Positions 40,350 to 53,099 of a DNA stretch of 64,000 nt are shown here, piece by piece. The stretch comes from Eledone cirrhosa (Eukaryota). Where the stretch lies: positions 197,904,001 to 197,968,000 of the forward strand of contig OZ024740.1 of NCBI GenBank assembly GCA_964016885.1, written 5' to 3'. The notes under the pieces are model-generated. The model was given only the letters and a program-made list of their open reading frames with translations, made no database searches and was not told the origin of the DNA. The position numbers were made by a program, and so were the translations under genes. Positions within the stretch are counted from its first letter, which is position 1; each line of letters opens with the position of its first letter.

Positions 40350-42056
40350 AAATCACCGGGAGTGATGAAATCACCGGTGGTTATGTAACCATACATTCAC
40401 CAATCCTCGATAAGAGTGTTTAAATGTCGAACCTAAACAGTTCGAATAACGGTGAAGTGGAGATTGGAATGTCATGTGACAGACTTTCACCCAGCAGGTG
40501 CTCCCTGGCTCAGCAGCAGGGACCTGTCTGTCAACCAAATACTGCTGGTGTCGGAGGAAGAAGAAGAAGGAAAGGGACCAGAACCAACTGGACGAAAGAA
40601 TTGAATAGAATTGTTATGCAATGTTACCTGAAGGGTAACCCCAAGGAGAAAGGCTATAGGAAACGGATGCATAACATCTGGAACGAGATTGGTCTATTTA
40701 AATTAGATGAACAAAAATTGGCCGGGCAGGCTCTGGTAATAAGAACTAATGGGTGGATAAGCGAGCTGGAACTGGAGGAACTGAGCAGAGAGATTAGGTT
40801 GGAAATGGAGAGTGGAGTATGCTAGGCAAACGAGCCAGTGGGAAATGAAGGTGAAGAGGTTGAGAGAACGGAGGAACCATCCGAAGCAGACAATGATCTG
40901 AATGCTGAAATAAATAATACCTGGAACAAAGATACGGCCATTGAGGAGATGAATGCTGACGGGCTAAAAATAGACTGGAAATAAAGTACAAAACTAGGAG
41001 GAAAAAGCTAAATATTATCATAGAGGAACTGAAGCAACGCATTGTACTGAGGACTGTGTTCAACGCATTGTATTGAGGACTGTGTTCAGATGGAGAAAAA
41101 CAACCTACACAAATACGTGACTGATAGTAAGGAGCCAATGCTCAGAACTGTACTGAAGGAGAGGACAAAAGACAAGGGGGTGCCAAGGAGGAAATAAGAA
41201 CAAGGAGAAAGAGCAGGCTTAATGAAAAATCCCTTCATAGTACCTTCTTTCAGAAAACTGAATTCAGAGATCCACAGACATGGAACTGGTTGAAAAGAGG
41301 AGACCTTAAAAAGGCTACAGAAGGAATGTTAATGGCTGCGCAGGAGCAGGCCCTCAAGACGAAGTGGTTGAAACACCATATTTACAAGGAGGAGGCTAGC
41401 CCACTGTGCAGGATCTGTGGAGAGAGAGAGGAGACTGTGGCCCACATTGTATCCGAGTGTAAACACCTAGCCCAGATTCACTATAAGAGCTGGAGACATG
41501 ATGTGATGGGCAGGGTGATCCACTGGCACCTATGCAAAGTAAACAATTTACCACATTCTGAGAAGTGGTATGAGCATAAGCCAGAGTCGGTGATAGAAAA
41601 CGATGAGGTGAAGGTACTATGGGATTTTAAGATACAGACGGACAAGAAACTGGAACACAATAGACCTGACCTGGTGGTTTTGGACAAGGAAACAAGATCG
41701 TGCCTGATTGTGGATGTGGCGTGCCCATTCGACACGAGAGTGCAAGTGAAGGAGAGGGAGAAAATTAACCGATACCAGGACGTAAAGTGGGAGGTAAAAA
41801 GGATTTGGAACTGCTATGAAGGCAAAGTGGTCCCGATTGTCATAGGCGCACTAGGTACTATCTCAAAAAGTTTCCAGGGATGGTTAAAGAAAATTGTCCC
41901 CGCCACGCTTTTTGGAACGCGTCAAAATGCATGCTTGCTGGGAACAGCAAGAACCCTCCGATACGTCCTGAATATCTGAGGCTGCAGGTAGTGGCTTGAT
42001 ATTCATTTCAACAAACTTTCCAGTTAACTAACATCAATGACTGAGACTCAAAGAAC

Positions 42057-42123
<67 letters not shown>
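40350..42123 (+). mobile_element. Second R4/Dong-clade LINE family with RT internally deleted; (AAT)n tail
   Basis: N-terminal RTNWTKELNRIVMQCY (40424-40825); C-terminal CRICGEREETVAHIVSEC and RLE motif RPDLVVLD..IVDVACP..KINRY (41290-41979); tail 42056-42123. Confidence 0.88.
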
Positions 42124-42124
<1 letters not shown>

Positions 42125-42875
42125 GGGAAGAAGACGCACGAGGTGGTAGAAGGTCATGAAATCGCTCCCGTAAGTTTTTGATTTTTAACATATTTAAATC
42201 AATTGTGAAATAACAATTCTTAGTACAAATGTTGCATAAACCACCGAGTCAAGTCCCATAAAATTTCGGATCCATATTATATTGTTATATCGCTAAAATA
42301 TTCAATTTTGTATTATATAGTTTGCATTCAAAAAAGAAAATGGTTATAAATGGAAGAAAACACCCTCTGTCTACACTATATAGAACAACCAAATAACAGC
42401 AATTTCACCAACACCTGAAACTTGATACACCACCTACCCCTATCACACTAAATATAACAGCCAGATAACGGCAATTTCACCACCACCACCACCAATCCCA
42501 GCATCATAATAATAATTACTATTATTATTGTCTCAAGTTTAAAAAAAATGTTTAATCCTAATTTTACGGGAAGATGTCAACACAATACATATTAAACATA
42601 CGCGACACACACTCATATATACTACATATCACAAAACTCAGTAACGTCAACGCCACCACCGCCACCACCCCATCCATCATTGCTACCACTATCCCATCAC
42701 CGCCGCCACCACTCCTTCATTGCTACCACCACTATTCCGCTGTTAACTTGAGAGAGAAAGGGGAAGGTGGCGGTATCACTAGACAAGGGAGAAGCTAGCA
42801 AAAGATACAAATATATTGACTTAGTGACCTGGCCACCGGCCAAACGTCAACAGCAACAACTATGGCACTGCTAGC
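42120..42875. repeat. Interspersed repeat (possible non-autonomous Helitron-like)
   Basis: Similar to 39497-40113; ends GGCACTGCTAG. Confidence 0.4.
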
Positions 42876-43110
42876 TAACCAGTTCCTCACCAACAATATA
42901 AAAATCCACAGCACCACCACCGACATAGCCAACAACAATAACAAGCAACTTCAACAAAAAGTATATTATATTATTGTAATGCACTGGGTGATTGCTGGCC
43001 TTGTGCCTGGAGTGGAGACAATTATTAATAATTTCATTCTTAAGCCACGCAATGCTCACATTAAGGAACCACTCATGATAATAACAATTTAAAAAATACA
43101 ACAAAAAGAA

Positions 43111-46100
43111 AACCCCGTGACCAAGAAATTCCGGGATGGCGGCCGGCGGGGAATAGCCGTGTCTCTAGGGGAGAACGACCCCTCTAGTCTTGGTTGACAC
43201 TCGTTGTAGAAGTGGTAACACGAAATGATTACCCCTTGGCGGATAAGGATAAAACGCGACAAAATAAAGTAAATGTCTAATGATAAAATCTCATACCGGA
43301 TCGGCCGTCACCCGGGTCAAAAAAAGCCGCGTCCCTCAGAGAGGAACCAGACTGGGGTCGAAAAATCAGCTAATGGTTCAAACATTCCCATCACTTCGGA
43401 GCTGGAGACCTCCCATAACCGGAATACTCCTACTGTTGGCCCTCCATGCTCACCACCAAGAAATCCAAAGAAAAAGAGAGAAAAATGGTCAAGGGAAGAT
43501 AATAAAGAAGTCCTTGAGGCTTTCCACACTGCCATGTACTACCCATCAAATACATCGAATACAGAACAGACATATATCAACTGGAAAAAGAAACATCCCG
43601 AAAACAGAGGCTATATTGACAGCAACAAACTAGCCAATATACGAAGAAATATTGTAAGAAAAAAGTTACTAACTGATATAGAAATTGATCAGATCAAGCT
43701 ATTAGCACAAAGTCAGCAAAGGGAAAATGAAACATGTGTCAGTGAAAACGAGGTAAATTGTAACACTTCGAATCCCAGGGTTGGGGCGGAATCACTGGCA
43801 ACAGAACAAATTAAAGAAAGGATCGAAAAAGTGGAGGGAGTGCATGCTCAAGATGAAACTCCAAATGAAAATAATGAGATCGTAAATGATAAAGAAATGA
43901 ATGAGAATGAACTTGCCAACTTGAAGGATGAAATTATGATCGAATCGATGAAAATGAAAGAATCTGACATGGGGCAACGAGACACCCTCCCTAAGATCCA
44001 GAACTCCAAACAGAACCAAAAGATAATACACAAGACTAACATAATTCTCAAAAACATTATCATCACAAACAAACTAAACATTACTGATATAAATCATCTC
44101 TATTATGCATCGGCTAAAGTCACCACTCACTTATGTGGAGTGAAGATGAAAAAACAAAGGAATTCCCACAAGAAATCTACTTGGCAAGAGAACATCAATC
44201 GCCAAATAAACCTTCTCCGATCTGACATAGAAATTTTAACAAACTATAAAGTAGGTGAACATGTTAAACAAACTAAACTTAGAAAATTGAAAAGAAAGTA
44301 CAGTATAAAATCAACAAGTACCATAGACATGCTGATAGAAATAATCAAACAAAAAGTGTCGGCCAAAGCTGCTCGTATAAGGCGCTTTGAAAAACGATCT
44401 AGATTCTATAAGGACAATAATATGTTCAAAAACAACCAAAGAAACTTCTACAGAAAAATTGGTAAGTCAACAATAACTGCTAAATCAATACCACCCAAGG
44501 AGGAAGTGCAAGAATTCTCGGAAAAGATCTGGGCCGAAGAAAAAGTTCATAACATACATGCCCCATGGATAGACAGACAAATGAAATATACAGCTCACCT
44601 TGAGGAACAAATATGGGAAAATATAACAGTTGAACAGTTGCGTTTGGCTCTAAGAAAAACCAGCAAATGGAAATCCCCAGGAAAAGACAAAATACAAAAC
44701 TTTTGGATAAATGCCTTCACAGAGTCTCATGAGCTGTTAGCCCAACTTTACAATGAAATAGTTAAGGAGCCAGAAAAGATACCATCATGGCTAGTTAACG
44801 GTATTACATTCCTGCTTCCGAAGAATGATGAGACAAACAATCCCAAAAATTACAGACCGATAACTTGCTTGACCACTATGTATAAAATTTTAACATCAGT
44901 CCTAACTGAATATACATATGACCACCTGATAACAAATGACCTATTTCCCATTGAACAGAAAGGGTGTAAACGAGGCTCATATGGCTGTAAGGATCAGCTT
45001 TTGGTTAACAAAATGATACTAGAAGATTGTCATAATAGACACACAAATCTATCAATTGCTTGGATAGATTATAAAAAAGCATTCGATAGTTTGCCACACA
45101 GTTGGATTGAAAAATGTTTAGAGATTTTCAAAATATCTCCCGTTGTCAGGAGGTTTTTGTCATTCAGTATGAAGACATGGAAAACGACACTCCTTTTGAA
45201 TAGTGAAACAAAATCACTGGAAGCTGGAGAAGTTAATATTAATTGTGAAATTTTTCAGGGTGACTCTTTATCGCCGCTTTTATTCTGCATCGCACTTATA
45301 CCATTAAGTAAAATGCTCAATGAAACAAAGCATGGATATAAAGTCTATGACAAAACCATTAATCACTTGTTCTACATGGATGACCTGAAACTATTTGCAA
45401 AAAATGATGAACAATTGCAAGGGCTATTATCCACTCTGGAGCAGTTCAGTGATGACATTAAAATGGAGTTTGGACTAGATAAATGCGCCAAAGAAACGTT
45501 CACCAGAGGAAAGCTGCTGAAAAGTTCAGACATTAATCTTGATCGAGGGAATGTGATAAGAGAACTTGATCAAGAGGAAACTTACAAATATCTAAGTGTT
45601 TGTGAAGGAGACGGAATCAAGCCCTCGACAATGAGGGAAAGGATAAGGAAGGAATGTTACCGCAGAGTAAGAGCAATCTTAAGAACGGAATTGAATGCAA
45701 GGAATAGGATCGATGCCATAAACACGCTTGCCATACCAGTAGTAACCTACAGTTACAATGTCATCAACTGGTCAAGCACAGAGATCCGTAGGCTCGATAC
45801 AAAATTCGAAAATTCTTAACCATGCACAGAATGCATCACCCTAAGGCAGATACAGATATAATATATCTCCCTAGGAAAGAAGGAGGACGTGGGTTAATCC
45901 AGTTAGACATTGCGTTGAAAACTGCAACAATTGGATTATCTACATATCTAAGGGAATCATATGATTGGATGATCAATCTCGTTTTGAAACACGAAAGCAT
46001 CAAAAGATCATACTCCATTACAAAAGATGCACAAAGATACAGTAATGGACTACACATTTCAGAAGTCGCATTTACTGCTGAAATGGAAAACACAGAAAAA

Positions 46101-47086
46101 GCAAAGCAGGTAAAAGTAACTGCAAAGAAAGAACTGCTACAGAAACTGGCTAAAAAATGGCAAGAAAAGCCTCTCTATGGAAAATACTCAGAACGAGCTA
46201 ACAATCTTGATGTTGACAAAACTTTAACCCATCAGTGGTTGGCATCCTCTGGACTGAAATCGGAGACTGAAGGACTGATTATACCAGCATAAGATCAGTG
46301 TCTGCCAACAAAAAATTACCAAGCCAACATAATAAAAAATGGATGCAGCCCATTATGCCGTGTATGCAAAAAACAACCAGAGACCATTGACCATATAATT
46401 TCAATGTGCAGTCCTATAGCTCCAACCGAATACCTAAACAGGCATGACAGAGCTGCACAATACATACATTGGATAATGTGTAAGCATTTTGACCTGCCAC
46501 ATCAAAAGAATTGGTGGGAGCATCAACCACCTCCCATACTTGAAAAAGATCACATCGCAATCTTGTGGAACTTTAGCATCCAAACAGACCGAAAAATAGA
46601 TGCAAATAGATCTGATATAATATTGAAGGACTTTAAAAAGAGGGTATGCCTGCTAATTGATATGTCCGTTCCAATAGACAAGAATGTATCTATAAAAACA
46701 TTTGAAAAATTGAGCAAGTATAAGGACCTGTAGTTAGAAATTGGAAAAATGTGGAAATTGAGAACAAAAACAATACCAGTGGTTGTAGGTGCTCTAGGAA
46801 TGATACCTAAGGGGTCTAATGATTACTTATCTCAAATCCCAGGAAACCCGCGTATAGGAGAAATACAAAAGATAGTACTAATGGGAACTGCCCATATACT
46901 AAGGAAGATTCTGTCAATATAAGTACATCACAAGTCTAAACACCTAAAGATGCATGTGTGAGTATGTATGTTCTTTCTTGAACATGGCGGACCTTGTTGT
47001 CTCTTGAGGTCACTGGTTGTGATTTGGTGATAACTCGTATGAACATAAAGGAAGATAAATGCAGCTGTAATAATAATAATAATAAT
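43111..47086 (+). mobile_element. Near full-length R4/Dong-clade LINE with (TAA)n tail
   Basis: Structured 5' UTR, single long ORF with RT and RLE, 3' UTR, TAA repeats 47068-47086. Confidence 0.93.
43273..46922 (+). pseudogene. R4/Dong polyprotein (N-terminal KWSREDN motif, RT, CCHC, restriction-like endonuclease); frameshift near 45810, stops at 46290 and 46731
   Basis: KSPGKDKI, NYRPITCL, EQKGC, WIDYKKAFDS, IFQGDSLSPLLF, HLFYMDDLKL, CRVCKKQPETIDHIISMC, DII..LIDMSVP..KLSKY, PVVVGALG. Confidence 0.92.
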
Positions 47087-50000
47087 GATTTCTTTATTAA
47101 CCACAAGGGTTTACATAAAGTAGACATTAAGGACAGTGCAGGACAATACAGGACGGTACAAATGGGCATTTCTGCGTGTAAAAAACAAAAACAGAGGATG
47201 TAACAAAAAATAACAATGAAAAATTCCCCAATAGGGGGTAGACTTCCGAGGGACATTCGTGGAGAAAGCCCATTAAAAAGCCACAGTGACCCTGACAACC
47301 AGGGCAAGTGCCCTCTCCCAGTTTTCCACCTTTAATTTACAGACACATACTCAGAGTAGGCCCATTCACTCGGGCCATTCTTGCCTCTCTCACCCATCTT
47401 TCAACAAAATGCTGGGAAGAGAGCACTTCCCTCTCTACCCTGATCTTCCTTTTCAAATGAAATTTGAAAAAGTCAATCAGGGCATCACCGAAGAGGTAAG
47501 TGCTCGTCTTCAGCCCTTTCAAACGTGTCCACCATACTATCTCTTTCGCCATGGCCACCAGACAGATAAACACTGCCTGCCCTTCCCGTCTAAAGGAAGA
47601 GGGCGGGGAAATCCTCACGATGGACTCAGCTGATAGCTGGATCCGTCCCACACGCGACAGCAGGTGTTCGACATAAACCCACAAGTCAGCAATGCTCGGA
47701 CACTGGAAGAGTGCGTGCAGGACGGTTTCGTCGCCCTGCTCGCATCTCGGACATGCCCGGCTGACGGCACCTCCATGCCTGTAGAGTTTATCCTGAACTA
47801 GCAAAGCTCCTCGATAGCACTGCCAGGCCAGGGATTTCTGGAAGTTGTCCATATGCCCCGGCCCGAAAGTTCTTCCGAAGAGATTGGCTAGTTGATTTTC
47901 GTCGACGCCTAGAGTTTCCCTAAGTACGTCGTCGCTCTTCCCCTCCACTAAGCCTCTATAGAACGCCAAGGTGGAGTTTCCACCGATCACATTGCCCGAT
48001 TGGTCGAGGGCTGTGAGCGACTGAAAACATTCCAGTCTCCAAGCGCTCCCTCTCGGTCTTCGCTTGACCCAGGACCGCAGCTCCGTCAAGGAAACGAGCT
48101 GGGGAAAGTGGTGTCTAGCAAACGGAGACCACACCTGATCACCGTCGAGGAAAAGGTGGAGATGTCGTAGCCTAAGCGCGTGTCTGCGCATCAACAGGCA
48201 CCGAATTCCCAGCCCTCCACGTAGCGGGTGTTGACAGCAGATGGACCGCCTGACCATCGGAGCACGTCCCTTCCACAAAAAGCGAAAGAGCAAACGCTCC
48301 AGCGCAGTCAGGCGGGGCTTAAGACAAGTTACGACGGTCAGGCTGTAGTAGATGACGGACGCGATATACGCGTTAGTTACCTCCGCTCGACGTTTCAGGG
48401 ATAGCTTCCTCTCGGCCCATTTCTGGGTGAGAGAAGCCACCCTGCTCGTCACCTCATCCCAGTTTTTGTCTGTCTGGAGATCCGGACCGAACCAGACCCC
48501 GAGCAATTTAACTGGTCCGTCCGTCCAGCACCCGACGACGCTGTTGGACGGCATGGACCCGACTCTCCAGGTGCCGAGCTGCAGGCCCACTGACTTTTCC
48601 TGGTTGCTCATTGCTCCTGTCACCGCTTCGTATTCTCTTAGTGTAGTGCCGATCGCCTCGATGTGTTTGGCGTTCGACACCACTACAGTGACATCGTCCG
48701 CATATGCTGACACGGATCTTCCGCATCCTAGTTCGCGCGGGACCCCCCTCAACGTCTCCAGTTTGTGCAGTAATGGCTCGAGAGTCAATACGTACAAGAG
48801 GGACGAGAGGGGACATCCTTGGCGGACCGAGCGCATGATGTTGAACGGTTCCGAAAGGTGACCGTTCACTCTCACCACAGAGCAGATGTTGCTGTGCATG
48901 GCAGCGATCCAGCCTCTGAAGACGGGCCCAAAGCCAGCCGCCCTCAGGACTGCCGCTAGGTAACGATGGTCGATCCTATCGAAAGCTTTCGACTGATCTA
49001 AATTGATCAAGGACCCACCCGTGCCAGGTTCCCTAGCTACCTCTCTACGATGTATCGCATGAGGTGGAGGTTGTCGTGGATGGATCTGTTTGGAATGGCG
49101 CATGTCTGCGCCTCTCCCACTAGACCACAAACGACAAGCGCCAGCCTCTTTGCTAGCACCTTGGCCAAAATCTTGAACTATGTGTTTAGCAGAGTTATGG
49201 ACCTGAAATTACTATGTTATCCCCCTTGTTCGGATCCTTTCTCAGCAGCGCCACCGTTCCTCGGCTCACAGAGCTTGGAATTCTCCCTTCTGTTGCCATG
49301 TGCAGTAGACGTACGCCAAGAGGTCTCCGAACAAGTCTGGCATCTGTACGTAAAGTTCATAGGGCAGACCATCCAAACCAGGCGATTTACCCCTTGTGCA
49401 GCCAGTCATTGCCTCCCGTACTTCAGCGGCTGTTATCGGCTTTTCGCAACACTCCGCCTCAGTGGGCGAGAGCCGCGGCAGACCGTCGAGGTAGACACTA
49501 AAGTCCATCCCTCGATCCGGTCTGCTGCTGCCCCCGAACAACTGAGCGAAGTGTCGCTGAAAAGCTTCACACATTTGCCCGGGATCGAGTAGCATGCGCC
49601 CGTCGTGGTCCTCCGCCACTCGGGCCCATTGAACGGCTTTCGTCCCCTCGTGTCTGAGAGCACGCACCCTAGCTCTGACAACGCAACCTTCGTTCTTTGC
49701 ATTGAAGAATTAGTCAAGGGCCAATTTCGCCGCAAGCACGTCGGTCGTAATGCCTTTGCTAAGCGCCTCGTCTAATTTTCTAACTAGTTCTCCCTCTGCT
49801 CTATTTTTCTCTATTGCTAAAGCCTTACTAAACCTAATAGATTCTATTCTAATCGCTCTTTTCAGAGCAAACCACCACTTGCTGTTGACGATGGCCCCCG
49901 TCAACGCCCGCTTAAATAGTTCGCTAATCCGGTCTCTGTAGGCCTTACGCGCTGGTAAGGACGCGTTTAGCTTCCAGTAGCCGGGTCCTCGTCTATGAAG

Positions 50001-53000
50001 CCTATCTAAGTTAAGCACACAGATCACGAATTTGTGGTCCGTGTAGCTGACTGTCTTGAATTGTGGACAGCCTATGCTAGACCTATCTATTTCCCTACAA
50101 AATACTCTATCTAGATATGATCTGGATGACCCTATGCGATTTGTCCAAGTCCACATTGGCACATTCGGGAAATCCAATCGGTACCTGTCAGACAGTTCAA
50201 AACGCCTGAGCAGGTTGGTGAGGCTCTTGCACCCTCCTACTCTATCCGCTAATCCCACACAGTCCCAGCGTGCATCTAAGATCCCATTCCAGTCGCCCAC
50301 TAACACTAAAGAGCGGGACGTTCCAAGAAAGGTCTCCAGATGCCGGAAGAAATCAGGCCGCCCTGCTCCTGTCGGGACATAGACGGCCACTAGCCTGAAA
50401 GCTTGCCCGTCTCCGCTGATCACGTCCAGCACCACCAACTTACCCTCTGGGTCCAGGAAGATGGCCCGTATGGCGAGATCTAAACCTCTCCGAAAGAGCA
50501 CAGCAACTCCTCCCCCCCCGATCCAGGACGGCTGGGAGATGCGTACACATCGTAGCCGTCGAAGATCGGTGCGAAGGCCCGTGCTTCGGAGATTCTGGTC
50601 TCGCTGATTGTCACTACATCTATGTTTAGTGACCTGAGGTCGTTGAGCAGGTGACCCTACTTCCATGACGACCCCAAGCCATGCGCATTTATGCTGCCTA
50701 TTCTGAGTGAGGTCATGTTTAAAATAGAGGGGAAAAGATGGGAAAGACCACTTACCGTACTTTTCGTAGAGGAGGGATGGTTTTTCCATCCCTTTTCACT
50801 TGATCGTCTGGTGAAGGGACCGTTGAATCGTCCCTTCGGCTGGTCGTCGGCTCTTCTATGAGTATGTCCGAATATACTCTTCGGTTGATAGTCCCGCCTA
50901 GGTTTCTGAAATCACCAACTGCGTTGGGGAATTTCGTTTTAATGTTTGTGTATTGTTTCTGTGCTATTTTTAGCAGTCTTATGTTAGTTGGCGTTTTGAT
51001 TGGTGCTGGTATTATGTAGTCGTGTTGTGAAATGTCTGTGTGTTCAATTATGTAAGTCATTAGTTTCTTGTTGTGTGTATTTATTGCCGTGCATTTGTTT
51101 TTCTGGGTGTGGGGTGTGGTTCTGCTATTTTCTTGTCGTTGTTGCTGGGTGTGTGTGTTTTGTTGTTATGTTTGCGATGTTGATGCTTGTGGTGGTGGTG
51201 TTGAAGATGTTGTTGGCGGTGGGGTTGTCGCCGGTGGTGATGGTGGTGCTAGTGTGGGTGGTGATGGTGTTGGTGGTGTTGCTGCTGTGAGTCTCTTTGC
51301 AGTAGCCTTTACTCTTTTTTCATTTCTTTCTTCCCTTTTCAAAGGCGACGATGCGCTGCTTCTGCGTTTGTGCCTTCTTACGACCTTTTGCCATCCCTCT
51401 CCCACCTCACACTCCATTTCTGATTCTGTGAGGTCGGGGAGGGGTACCAGCTCCACTCTTTCACTTGTTGTTGTTGGTGATGTTTGCACTGGAGTCTCTG
51501 TTGCAGCTGCATTTGGTATTGCTGTTGTTGTTAATACTTCCACTGCTGCTGCTGTTTTTGATTTCCGTGGCGTGGGTATGGGTGCCACGGACCTATCGTT
51601 CCTGGTTGCTGCTTTTCCTGTTGCTGGTAGCCGTGGAGCCGGTTTCAGAAGGAGGGGGGTTTTACTCCTTTCTCAGGGTCTTCTCGTTGCAGAAGGCCCT
51701 GAGGTGAGTCTTCGATCCACAGCGAAAGCATTTCGGGCGTTTGCCTTCAACACTTATGGGCAGTTGAGTGCCGTTATCGAAGTCTATCACATCCGGGATA
51801 GCTTCGATGCACTCCTGGGTGGTTTGGATTAACATCTCAATGGAGGTGCCGACCCAATCTTCTCTTACTTTTTTCTGTAATTGCAGTACAGTTGTTTTGT
51901 CCTCGATTCCGACGAGGACAGACGCGGCCAACCAAGAAGGGGCCATCCCCGGGGGGGGGGAGGAAACGGACGTGGGTCAGTTTGACCCTCACAATTTTTT
52001 GCCCTCAGTAGGAGGGCACCAACACCATTTCCTCGCTCCTTAGGGTCACTCACTAAGGATTGAGCCTTTGCCCCCTGGGGTGTGACAAAAAGTACGTCTA
52101 CGGTGGCATATTTCTTGCCTCGGGTGATGTGCGTTTTCCGCTGCCACACAGACCCCAAGGCTTTTTGTATTTGAGCCTCTGTGGCTCTTTCAACCCTACG
52201 GGATTTTGTACTTACTGTACGGTACGTGACCGTACAGTGCTGTTGGGTTTCGAAAAATGTTTCCGCTGCCTTGCAGATTGCTCGGTGTCCAGTTTTTGTC
52301 ACCATCTTCTTCGCTTCCTCTAATTCCTCATTTGTTATGAGGATGGTTTCCAGGTTCTTTGCGATACCTGCAAACGAGATTGGTTTTTCTCTGCTGCTGT
52401 TGTTGTTGTTGTCGTCAGAGCTGCTGTTACTTTTGTTGTTGCTGCAGGTACTACGACTACTGCCGCCGCCGCTGTTGCTGTGGTTGTTGTTGTTGCTGCT
52501 GCTAATGCTGTTGTTGTTTATGCTGCTGCTGATGCTGTTGCGGCTGCTACTGTTGTTTTCATTGCCACTGTTGCTGTTGTTATTACGGCTGCTACTGCTA
52601 TTATTCCTGACGTCAGACGAATGAAATGGGTTTTCGTATTTCCCGCACACCTGTTTCGTCGTTGTCGTCGTCGTCGTGGAGAAATCTTGCACGCTTTGCA
52701 AGAGACTTTTCTTTTCTGTCGTCGCTTGCGAAAGAGAAGGGAGGGAGAGAGACAATCTTCTCTCTGCTGTAGTGACGATTGAGGAAGAAGAAGACGGAAT
52801 GAGTGGGAGTGACCTATTAAAATTCTTTTTCGTAGCCATGTTGTTTTTTTTGTTTAAAATAGATATTGGGCACAAAACCCCAATAAGCAGTTATTTAACC
52901 CCGAAGGGCCAAATAACGGGCGGAAAGACCCCTCTCACGAGGAGGAGGGTGTTTTTGTCTACAAGTTGGTTAAAGTTTTAAAAAATTTACAATTGTTATA

Positions 53001-53055
53001 GCGGTCAAAATTTACAATACCTTACAGAGCCGAGCCTCCGTCAACCATAGCATTC
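47087..53055 (-). mobile_element. Full-length Tx1-clade LINE family E, (ATT)n tail, (AAT)n at 5' end; defective ORF1 (52840-50752) and ORF2 (50716-47337)
   Basis: ORF1 VEGKRPKCFRCGSKTHLRAFC; ORF2 GDWN, TDHK, KAFDRI, QGCPLS, AYADD, CPRC..HALFQC. Confidence 0.93.
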
Positions 53056-53089
<34 letters not shown>

Positions 53090-53099
53090 CTTGTGGAAG

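Noticed and set aside
33292-52624. Hydrophobic Val/Leu-rich ORFs resembling membrane proteins
   Set aside because: Antisense readings of CA-rich low-complexity ORF1 segments
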